A stretch of 64,000 nucleotides of DNA from contig NC_067400.1 in assembly GCF_016432865.1 (NCBI RefSeq), positions 624,216,001 through 624,280,000 on the forward strand, given 5' to 3'. Position numbers and translations under genes: made by a program. The stretch comes from Antechinus flavipes. Taxonomy: Eukaryota. This document shows, one piece after another, positions 25,031 through 35,840 of this stretch. The notes under the pieces were generated by a model. It was not told the origin of the DNA and did not search any database. It worked only from the letters and a program-made list of their open reading frames with translations. The first letter of the stretch is position 1. Each line of letters starts with the position of its first letter.

Positions 25031-25329
25031 CTCAGTTGCAGGGGAGATTTTCACCTGCATGAGTTTTTTTCTCACCTGAGGGTTCCCTATACCAATAGGA
25101 CCACCCACTCAGGCCCTAGCCCTATTTGTCCTGAGTGCCTTGTAGACAGTAGGAACTTCCTGTTTACTGTGACTTGACGGGCACCGACTTCTCCAAAGTA
25201 GGCACAATGTGACATCCTTTGTCCCCCAAATTCCAGTTCTGGAAAGGACCTCAGGGGCCTTCGATTGAACCCAGATTTGAAGTCGGATCTTTACAACACA
25301 CCTGACAACGGCTGATCTTGCAGCCTGAC

Positions 25330-26215
25330 CATCTCTCTCCCTCCTCCCCCCCAGCTTTTCTCAATAGTTTTTAATTTTCCAAATACATGCAAAGATAGTT
25401 TTCCACATACGTTTGAGACTTTGTGTTGCAATTTTTTCTCCCTCCATTGCTCTTCCCCTTCCCTATGATAGCAAGTGATCTGATACAGGTTAAATATATG
25501 CAGTCCTTTAAATATATTTCCTCATTTGTCACGCTGTGCAAGACCAAGGGGGGAGGGAAACACAAGGAAACAAACAAAAAGGTGAAAATACCATGCTTCC
25601 ATCCACATTCAGACTCCCTATTTCCCATCTCAAGCCTGTTGGAATTGCCTTGAATCACCACCTCATTGTTGAGAAGAGCCAAGTCCATCTCAACTGATAA
25701 TCACATCATCTTATTACTGTGGACAATGATCTCCTGGTTCTGCTCACTCCCCTCAGCATCAGTTCCTGTAAGTCTCTCCAGGCCTCTCCGAAATCATCCT
25801 GCTGGTCATTCCTCATGGAACAATCCTATTCCATTACCTTCCTATCCCATAACTCATTCAGCCATTCCCCGATTGCTGGGCAGCCACTCAGTTTGCAGTT
25901 GCTTGCCACTACAAAAAAACATTTTTTGCACTTATGGGTCTTTTCCCCTCTTTTATGATCTCTGTGGGATACAGACCCAGTAATGGCACTACTAGTCAAA
26001 GAGTGTGCACGGTTTGATAGCGCTTCGGGCACAGTTCCACATTGCTCTCCAGAATGGTTGGATCAGTTCACAATTCCACCTACCATGTATCACTGTCCCA
26101 GTTTCCCACATCCCCGCCAACATGCGCCATTATCTTTTCCTGTCATCTTAGCCAATCTGACAGGTGTGTAGCGCTATCTCAGAGCTGTCTTAATTTGCAT
26201 TTCTCTACTCAATAG
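25330..26215 (-). mobile_element. L1 3' end / ORF2 C-terminal fragment
   Basis: Typical marsupial L1 antisense sequence (ctcactcccctcagcatcagttcctgtaag...ttccacattgctctccagaatggttgg). Confidence 0.8.
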
Positions 26216-28169
26216 AGCATTCTTTCATAGGATTCGAAATACAGCTGGGCTTATTGACCACTAGGAATGGCAAGCTTACTGTTCCCTAAGGGAGCCAGTA
26301 AATCTTAAGCTCTCTCTCCCACATAGGGATTCAGAGGGATGAGCATCAGATCCAGAAAGAAATGAGACAAGGGGCAGTCACACATGAGCAAATGTGTCCA
26401 GGGCCTGGCATGAACATGTAAACAGGTCACATAAAAAAGCACTTTCTAAAAATTGTCTTTACAGATAATGGGGGAAATAAAATTAATAAATATTATAAAT
26501 ATTTATATAATATATAATAAATAAATAATTAAAATTTAAAAAAATCCAAGTGAATGAGCTTTCTCAATGGGAAGAGGGCATTTCAGTTCAACCAAGAGAG
26601 TCCTTGAGCTCATACATGGGAAAATTCCCCAAATCTCTAAGGAATCACAGTTGAGAAACCTATATTTGCCCTATAAGTCTAAATCCTTCCCAAAGCCTTT
26701 TCTTGCCTCTTAAAGACTCTCTCTACAGAGAGTTTGGAAGCAGGTGCGTCCTTTCTTGAATCCGTTAAGTAGAAAATGTATCTTCTCCCAAGCTGTCGCC
26801 CCAACTCCACCTCTTAAGCAGTTCGCCAGTATAGTAGCAACCGCTTAACCAACGAGGAGAGTCCGATGCAAACGTGTTGCAAGCTCGAAGCCAGGGTTGC
26901 ATATGTAACCTTGTGTAGTACCCATTTCCAAGAAGCTTTTTTTTTTTGCCTTGTTCATTTTTTTATCAATTCTAAATTTTTTTCTTATACTTATTAATTG
27001 GTCTTTTTTGTTCCTTCTTTGTTCTAATGTTCCCTATGAACGTAGTGTTTCTGGAGTCGAAGGCGAATTTAGCGTTAGGATTAAAGTTAGAACAGAAAGC
27101 AGACTCTTGACTCTTGACTCTTAACAGTGATATCATTTTGATCCTTTCTGAGAACAAAGGACAACAAACAGCCAGAGTTTCTGGAATACAAAATCTGAAG
27201 GCCTTCCTTCACTATTGCTGCATTTATATGTTTTCAACCAATCACCCAGCAAGTGTTCATCAATCTTATCCTGGGTATTGGGGATGGAAAACATAAAGGG
27301 TCTTTTCTGTCAAGATGCTTACCTCTTAGCAGAGGAAATGATACGTACATATCCACATCTCTAGGCAAGCTAGAAAAAGAATAATTTTGAGGATGGGGAT
27401 GAGAAAAGGCACTATTTTTTTTCCTGTCGTCTCTCAGGAATATCAATGAACGAAGGAAGCAATGTTAAACGTTGTGGGATTCACTCTGTGACCAGGGTTC
27501 AAACTAGCCAATCCCATTCCCTACTCCCTACTCTTACTATAATGACTCAAAACACCTAAGGTCAGGTAACATCTCCGGTTCTACACCTCAATCTCCCCTA
27601 GCAGCCTCGGTAAAGCTGGCCCATGGGGAATCATACCTCTTCTCTCTTGAAGGTGAAATGCAGATGTAGGGGGTACAACTTTTTCTTGGAAAAGGCGATT
27701 TTCTTACATGTAAATCTCTGCTCAGATAAAACCCATGAGCTTTCTTTTGCCATACATGCACACCTCCCCCTCCTGAGAATGGTCTTTGGTGCTGTCTTCT
27801 CCTTTCCCCACCCGGCTCAAGTTTTACAGTCATCTGATGTGATTTTATGTTTTACCTTCTGTATTGTTTATATGGATTCAGCTTAAGTTACTTTACTTTT
27901 TGTAGCTTTTTTTTTTTAAGGCACTGGAGAGATTTGTGGAGAATAGCCATTCCACCGTGTCTGGAAATTGAGGTTTTTTTTTTTTTTGTTTTTTTTTTTT
28001 GTTTTTTTTTTTTTTTTAGTTTTTCTAGTGACAATACCAAATCTTGGACTATTTAAAACTCAGGTTGTTTTCAAACTACTCCCTAGGTACTCTCATATTT
28101 CATCTTTCTGGTACTGACTTTTTTTTTAAGCTCAAGTGAAAGACAGTTCATTTATTCTTTTGACATCTT

Positions 28170-28445
28170 TTTTTGGGAGGCAATTGGAATTAAGTGACTT
28201 GCCCAGGGTCACACAACTAGACAATGTTAAGTATCTGAGACCACATGTGAACTCAGAGCTGCAGCTCTATCCATTGCACCACCTAGTGCCCCAGTACATG
28301 TCTTCTTCTTCTTTTTTTTTTTAATAGCTTTTTATTGAGAAAACATAGGCATGGGTAATTTTTCAACATTGACCCCTCAGAAACTTCTGTTCCAACTCCT
28401 TCCCCCCACCCCCTCCCCTAGATGGCAGGTAGTCCTATACATAGG
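28170..28445 (-). mobile_element. WSINE1-like SINE followed by a short L1 3' end
   Basis: gggaggcaattggaattaagtgacttgcccagggtcacac...gcaccacctagtgcccc, then a T-run and L1 3' UTR. Confidence 0.75.
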
Positions 28446-28660
28446 ACACTTATTCTTCACACATTTCTTCCGACCAGATTTTGCCCAGGATTCCAGTCCA
28501 TCAAGTTCTCTCATATACAAGTGACTCCAGGATGGAGCCATTCCTGATTCCCATTGGAGTTGCCAGTTTGGATTGAGAAGGGCAAATGGACCCTTCTAGG
28601 GACAGGCAGGAGCAAATACCTTCCTCTACAGAGTCAATTTTACCAGCAGATTAAATGATT

Positions 28661-28691
28661 TTTATTTCTTACCCAGAGCTCAAGGTTTATT
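28661..28691 (-). terminator. CD37 polyadenylation signals (two AATAAA)
   Basis: tttatt on + at 28661-28666 and 28686-28691, about 800 nt after the CD37 stop. Confidence 0.7.
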
Positions 28692-29485
28692 CGACAGAAA
28701 GGGAATTGGAAAAGGAGAAGGATGAGAAGGAAACAAATTGGGCAGGGGGTTAAAGGGTATTCAAAGGCAGTCAGTGCATGGTGTCCCTGCAGAGGGGAGA
28801 GAGAAAATCGTGGGTGCTTGAGAGTAGAAAAGGAGCAAAGGCAGAAGGACACAACAAAGTGGGGGTCCTAGAATAGAGACAAGAGAGTGGGGGATAAAAT
28901 ACTAGGTCTTCCCAGGGGCAGGGAAAAAAGGAGGGGACAGAATGTTGAGGAACCCAGGAAGAAGATAGAATAGTCCAGAGCGAGAAGATAGGGGTTTGTG
29001 GTGGACACCAAAATCCCTGGGGAAAGAAAAGGAGGCCGGAGGAAAGGACACGGGGGTAGTAGAGGGGAGGTGGTAGGAGGAGGGTTTGGGGGCTCCGACA
29101 TCAGGGCTCCAGGTGGGATGAGACAGGGATGGAGAACGAGAGACCTCGATCGTTAAAGTAGGACACTATTAGTCACCACCTCCGGACTCTGCGTGAATAT
29201 TGTGGAGGGAGGGGGGCTCAAAGACTAAATGCAGGAGAATCCTCGGGAAGGGGCGGGGTGGGACAGAATATTTCTAGGGTGCTCAAGGGAAGGACCTGGT
29301 TGGCCCAAGGAGGGAGAGGACTATTAGGAAACAAGGTGCCAGGGTTCTGGAGGATGAAAGAAATCTGGGAGAAGAGGGCGTTTCGGGAGAGAACTCCAGG
29401 GTCTCCTGGAGGAGAGTGGATGGGATGGGGGGGAGGCAGAGCTCAGGGTCCCGGGTAGGATAAGGTGGTGGCGGGGGGAGGGTGT

Positions 29486-32400
29486 CTAAGAGTATCGCGA
29501 GAGCTTGTTGTAGACGTGATCCAGGTTCCTGCAGAGGAACATCGAGAGCGACATGACCCCGAGCTAGGGAGAGAGGAAGGAGACATGCGTGGGTCAGAGG
29601 CGGAGCTGACAGCGGCTAGGGATAAGGGTGGGGACGGACGGGGTGAGGGCAGAGGCGCAGAGGCCGGCGGGTACAGAAGCAGGGGATCGCCGTCCTGGGG
29701 CTGAGCTGGTCCTTTATTCGCAGCTCGGGGACCCTCCCAGCCGGCAGGCTGACCACAAGAACGACCGCCTGGAGGTCAGACGCTTCCGCGGCAGCCAGCA
29801 CCCCACCACGGTGGGCTGGGACCCCCACGAAGCGCTCCCGAATAGCGTGCCCTGGTTGGACAAGGGCGTCCCTGAACCGCTGTTCCCGACCCCCCCTGAC
29901 GCAGATGTCTCTCCCTCCAGCCCCTGGCAGCGGGAGCCCCAGGCCCGGGCGTGGGGCAGCAGCACCAGCGTCAGCGCCACCGCCACCACCTGCAACGGGA
30001 CACGCGCGTCAGCTCGCCCCCGGGCCTGCTTATCTGCGGGTGCCCGAGCACGTCTGGGCACAGGGGAGAAGGGCCGCCTTCCCGCCCACGGCTCGGCTGG
30101 CTCCCACCGTGACCAATCGCGATGCAGCGCTCTTGCCCCGCCCCGCCCACTCCCCTTCCCCAAGTTAGTGCCGGGCTCCGGCTTCCACCGAGCTGGCGGG
30201 GAAGGGCTCGGAGCAGCGCCCCCGGAGCCGGCCGGGGAGGGGCCGCTTTGTTACTGACCTGCATCGGGGCTGGGGTTCATCTGACCGCAGCTGACTGAGG
30301 GAGGGACCCCCCCGGCCCCCCATCTTTGATCAATCTGGGAATGCCCCCGCTAAGAGAGAATGGGTATGCTCGAGCTGCCCCGGCTAAATCGCCCGGCGTC
30401 CCTCGCCCAGAGGCAGAGGGGGAGTGGCCGCCGTCCGGTCCCGCTCTTGCTGGGAGCCATCAGGGCGGACCTGGGACGGAGCGGGAAGGCTTTGGTGGAG
30501 AGGAGACTTTGCGAGAGAGAGGACACTGGGAAAAGGTCCCCCCGGCGCGAGAAAGTGGCTTGGCTTGAGCCCCTTCTGGAGACGGGAGGCGGGGGGAGAT
30601 GGGGGGGCAGAGAGGCTGGGGGAGGGGAGGAGGAGGAGTGGGTACCCAGGCGTCCCTGGTGACTGGCTCCTCACCTCGAGCAGCCCCAGGCCCAGGCTGA
30701 CGCCCACGATGGAGATGAGGTTGTTGTGCAGCCACGTGAAGATGCTCCGAGAGCAGCCCTGCGGGAGCCGGGCCAGGGAGTCAGGGAGCTCGGGCTAGCT
30801 CCGTCCTCCCCTGGGTACCAAGCCCATCCCTCCGACCCCCGGCAGCGCCCCCTCGCCCCCTCCCCCCCAGCCCTCACCTCCTGGTAGACTCCGCTGTCTG
30901 CTGACGTCAAGCAGAGCTCGCCCGAACGCAGGCGGGCCGGGGTTCCGGGGCTGCCCACGCGGGGCAGGATCACGGCCATGCCCGGGGCAGAGACCGCGGT
31001 GGCCCTGGCCCCGGGCGCCGCGGCAGGCGGGCTGGCTCTCGGGGAGTCCCCAAGGCCCTGGGATGTGATCATCACCGAAGTGTTCTGGCAGGAGCAGGGC
31101 ACGCGCTGAAGCGGCCCAGGCGGCTGCGCCGACGGCTCCAGGTCGCCCCTCGGGGTGGAGGAGAAGGTGGAGCCCCTTCCGCTGCTGCCGCTGAGGGAGG
31201 AGATGTTGAACTCGAGGGAGGGTGCCCGCAGCCAGTCCTGGGGAGAGGTCCAGCCGCAGCAGCGAAGCTGGAGACAGGCCCGAGTCAAGGAGGGAAAGAG
31301 AAGCTCCTCAGGGAGCCTCCCGGGGGACCAGGGGCGCCCGCGGCAGCTCTCGGGCCACAGGAACAGTGGGTTTGGAGGGGCGGGATAGGGTGGTGGGGGC
31401 TGTGGGGGGACAGATGGGGAAACGGGGCTCCCACCTGGAACTGCACAAAATCCCAGTTCTCAGCGGTGCTGTACGTGTCCGGGTACTTGTGGTAATTGTC
31501 GATTACGTCCAGCACGATGTCCTTCACCTTGCGCTCCAGCTGAGCCCGAGAAGGGGGGGAAGAGACACAGACCGTATCTTTGCTTTCCGGATCTGGGGGA
31601 TCTGGGCTCTCCCTCAGCTCTGTCTCCCCTCCTCAGTCTCACTGGCCTCTCAAGTCCCCCAATCTGCTTCTTTATCCCATAGCATTCTTTTTCTGCTCCC
31701 CACCCCCACGGGGCGCTTCTTGGCTACTTCCCCTCCCCCGCTGTGCCCCCTTTTCTGTGTCTGTCTCTGCACTGGCTCCTTTCTAGGGGCTGCCTCTGCC
31801 TCGACTCCTTTCCGGGCCTAGCCCCTTCCTTTCCTCCTGCCGGTTTTCCCCTGGCCAGGGCTCCTCTCTCTCACTTAGTCTCTAGCTCCCCGATTTTGTC
31901 GTTGCTGCTGTCCTTTTGCTCTGTTTTTTAAATTTCCCCCAGGGTTCACTCACCAGGCCGTGTTGGGTGTAGATGAGGACTCCTACTGTGATCTGGGTAG
32001 CAAGCAGGAGCAGCAGAAGACCAAAGTACTAGGGAAAGGGGGCAGAATTAGGACCTCCATCTAGGCCTCGGGAAAGGGGGCTGGGAGAAGAAGGGGAGAG
32101 CCCTAGAGCAGCTCGGGCGGTTGGAAGGTCCCTAAGGAGACATGAATGAAGACATGGGGACTAGGGGACCATCCAAGAGGGAGGGTCTCAGGGGATTTTC
32201 AGGGGCGTGTCCAGCTTGTGGCGTCCCAGGGAATATTGGAGGATCACTCACAAGGCCAAGGAGGCAGCGGATCTCTTTGATGGCTCCAAGGCAGCCAAGG
32301 AGGGACAGGAGGCCAGTGAGAACCCCCGAGGTGGCGAGCACGTAGGACCATACCTTCAGCGGTGTAAAGGACAGGCCTGCAAAACACCCCCAGGATAGTT

Positions 32401-32884
32401 GGGGGGAGGGAGGTGAAGACAAAGCCTGGATGAGGCTCACAGAAGGGCCACAGCCGGAATCCAAACGCCCTCTTTTGGTAAGCGGGGAAATGGACTCAGG
32501 AAGAGAAATATACTTGATTCTGGGCAGACAGGAAGCTTCTAATTCACCCCCCCACCGCTGCTCTAGGGCCCCGAGGAAGATGTCCCTGGGTGGGGGCTCA
32601 AAGTTAAGGGCTAAGACAGTCAGGATTGAGTTAGAGATTCCCTCACCCAGGAAGGAGGCAAAGCTGTTCTTGTCGATGAGAATCCAGAGACCAAAGCAGA
32701 AGACAAGGCTGCCCAGGACCTGAGGAGGCAGGGAGGGTTGAGTCGGGGACCAGACATGGCTGCAGGACGGTGTGGGCGGGGTGGGGGTGGGAGCAGGGGT
32801 TGGGGTGGTTTAACTCACGAAGAAGAAGACGTTGAAGACAAAAAGGAAATATTTGATGAGGCTGAGACAGCCCTTATCCACCAT
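29486..32884 (-). CDS. CD37: CD37 tetraspanin, canonical form about 331 aa
   Basis: Exons: 32819-32884 (MVDKGCLSLIKYFLFVFNVFFF), 32647-32719, 32252-32376 (LLGCLGAIKEIRCLLGL), 31954-32028, 31435-31539 (WDFVQFQ), 30878-31267 (LRCCGW...RVPCSC...LC), 30675-30758 (GC...WLHNNLISIVG), 29486-29563 (FLCRNLDHVYNKLSRYS*). Phases are consistent. Confidence 0.97.
29714..29989 (-). CDS. Candidate alternative terminal exon of CD37 (91 aa)
   Basis: Branch point CTGAC and acceptor gtcccgttgcag. Phase 0 matches the donor at 30675. It begins with hydrophobic VVAVALTLVLL, and the stop TAA overlaps AATAAA (29713-29718). Confidence 0.55.
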   Translation of the reverse strand: MVAVALTLVLLPHARAWGSRCQGLEGETSASGGVGNSGSGTPLSNQGTLFGSASWGSQPTVVGCWLPRKRLTSRRSFLWSACRLGGSPSCE

Positions 32885-33229
32885 GTTCTTCACTTGGGTG
32901 TTACTGACAGAAGACCCAGGGGACACAGAGACTTGGAGATCCTGAGAGACACAAGTCAAGATTTCAAGTCTCACTCCTGCCTCGGAGTGCCTTGACTCTT
33001 CTCCCACTGTCACCCCCGAGACACCACGGGCTCCAAATCTTATCAGTTCTGAATTCACTCATCGGCGAGAGAAAGAATAGAGCAACAAACTGCGTATGCA
33101 ACTGAAAAAAGAGCTAGAAAATGAAACCACGATATCTATCTAGTTATCAAGGATCATCGACAAAAAAAGAAAAAACAAAAGGGTCAGTCCCTGTCCCAGA
33201 AAATTTTTTATTCTACTGGGGCACACAGG

Positions 33230-33450
33230 TCAGCTAAGAGGGGAAGTAGCTAGGACCAAGAGTCGTCTTGACTGAGTTCAAATCCAGCCTCCAACTCTTA
33301 GTAACTGTGTAACCCTGGGCAAGTCACTTTAAGTGTTTGTCTCAGTTGTTCATCTGCCAAGTGAGCTGGAGAAGGAAATGGCAAACCACTCCAGTATCTC
33401 TGCCAAGAAACCCTAAGAGGGTCGTGAAGAATTAGACACAACAGAGACCC
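33230..33450 (+). mobile_element. Mar1/MIR-type marsupial SINE
   Basis: Core gttcaaatccagcctc...ctgggcaagtcactt and tail ggagaaggaaatggcaaaccactccagtatctctgccaagaaa. Confidence 0.75.
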
Positions 33451-34419
33451 ACAACGTAAAAAAAGAATTCTGGGGTTTGGTTTTTGGACAGAAGGAGGAA
33501 GCACTATGAACTGAGGGAAATGGGAAAGAGCTCTTGTAGCACTTGAATCTTGAATCCACTCCAAAGTGAAACAATTGAAATAGCCTTTGATTTTCTAGGG
33601 CCTTCAGGCTCTCCATTTCTTCTCTCCCTTTTGCCCTGCCTAAGACCTCTCATGGCTCCCCTCTGACTCTAGGGCCGTTTTCTCTCCCCAGCCTGCATTC
33701 CAGTCTGTTTGAGTTCTCTTTCCTGAACTAATTTTCCCCATCTTCTCCACTCTAACTACAAGAAGGTTCTCTTTCTGTGTTCTGGTCTTTCCCCACTACG
33801 CCTGTGCATTCACATTGCAGGTCTATGGCTGTAGCCTCTGAGGTCTCCGTGCTCTGACCAATGGACAGAATCTCCATGTTGGTAAGAACAAGATTCCCTG
33901 AGGAGGGAAGGGATTCCCTGAAGAGATTCCCTCTAGAGGGAAGAAGTTTGGAAAGAGGAGTGCTGATTCTGTAGTCCTGAGGACTTGGCTTCAAAGCCTG
34001 CCTCAGATTCTTGCTTCTAGTGTGAGCCTGGCCAAGTCACTTTAGCTCTCTTGGTCTCAATACTCTCTTCCCCACAATTCTCATGATTTTTCATGCTGTG
34101 ATCTTTCTTCAACCCCCCAACTCTAGCATAGCTTCCTTCAGGAAGCCTTTCCTGATCCCTCAGCCCAGGGCACCTCTCATCAGATTGTCCCAAAGCCTTA
34201 GCTTTGGCCCCTTTGCTGCAAGGAATAGCGCTCTCAGAGCTTACAATCTAGTGAGGGAAACGTGAGCAGAAATGAGCTCGGTGCTTTATAAAATAGCCGG
34301 TGCTGAATGTGGAAGGGAGAGAGAGGCTGAGAGAGGGAGAAAGGGAGGCCATCAGAGGGAGATTCCCAAAGAGGAAGCAGCCGCAGTCCCCCTCCTCCCA
34401 GCTTCGCAACAAACACAAA

Positions 34420-35840
34420 TACAGCAACAGATCCAGACTCACACACAGACACAGACACAGGTACAGACACCGACACAGATATAGCAACAGACCCAAAGTC
34501 ACACACAGACACAGACACAGACCCAGATACATCAACAAACACAAATACAGCAACAGACCCAGATTCTCACACATAGACACAGACACAGGTACAGACACCG
34601 ACACAGATATAGCAACAGACTCAGACTCACACACAGACACAGACACAGACACAGGTACAGACACCGACACAGATATAGCAACAGACCCAAAGTCACACAC
34701 AGACACAGACACAGACCCAGATACATCAACAAACACAAATACAGCAACAGACCCAGATTCTCACACATAGACACAGACACAGGTACAGACACCGACACAG
34801 ATATAGCAACAGACTCAGACTCACACACAGACACAGACACAGACACAGGTACAGACACCGACACAGATATAGCAACAGACCCAAACTCACTCACAGGCAC
34901 TGACACAGACACAGGTACAGACACTGACACAGATATAGCAACAGACCCAAACTCACACACAGACACACACACAGACACAGGTACAGACACCGACACAGAT
35001 ATAGCAACAGACTCAGACTCACACACAGACACAGACACAGGTACAGATATAGCAACAGACTCAAACTCACACACAGACACAGACACAGACACAGGTACAG
35101 ACACCGACACAGATATAGCAACAGACCCAAACTCACTCATAGGCACTGACACAGATATAGCAACAGACCCAAAGTCACACACAGACACACACACAGACCC
35201 AGATACATCAACAAACACAAATACAGCAACAGACCCAGATTCTCACCCAGACACAGACACAGGTACAGACACCGACACAGATATGGCAACAGACTCAGAC
35301 TCACACACGGACACAGACACAGACACAGGTACAGACACCGACACAGATATAGCAACAGACCCAAACTCACTCATAGGCACTGACACAGATATAGCAACAG
35401 ACCCAAAGTCACACACAGACACAGACACAGACACAGACCCAGATACATCAACAAACACAAATACAGCAACAGACCCAGATTCTCACCCAGCCACAGAAAC
35501 AGGTACAGACACCGACACAGATATAGACACACAGCACGGATATACAGACAGATATAGACACAGACAGAGACAGACATAGACATCGATGCATCATAGATAC
35601 AGGACATAAAACACACACACATACATATAGACGCAGATGCAGACACGCACACACATATACAAAAACAGACCCACAGACACAGATACCGATAGACACAGAT
35701 ACACTGACATAGGTACAGACACAAGACACAGATTCAGGCACATAGACACAGATATGGACAGAGTCACAGACAAACACACAGAGACACAGATATGGATAGA
35801 CACACAGACCCAGACCGATCACAGACACAGGTACACACAC
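34420..35840. repeat. (ACAGAC)n-derived compound repeat with higher-order units; UG-rich on the minus strand
   Basis: acacagacacagac runs alternate with atatagcaacagacccaaa blocks. Minus frames are broken by stops. Confidence 0.95.

Noticed and set aside
27900-27985. Exon-like segment after a poly-T acceptor
   Set aside because: The donor is weak, there is no similarity to TEAD2 or any recognised protein, and it sits among poly-T tracts.
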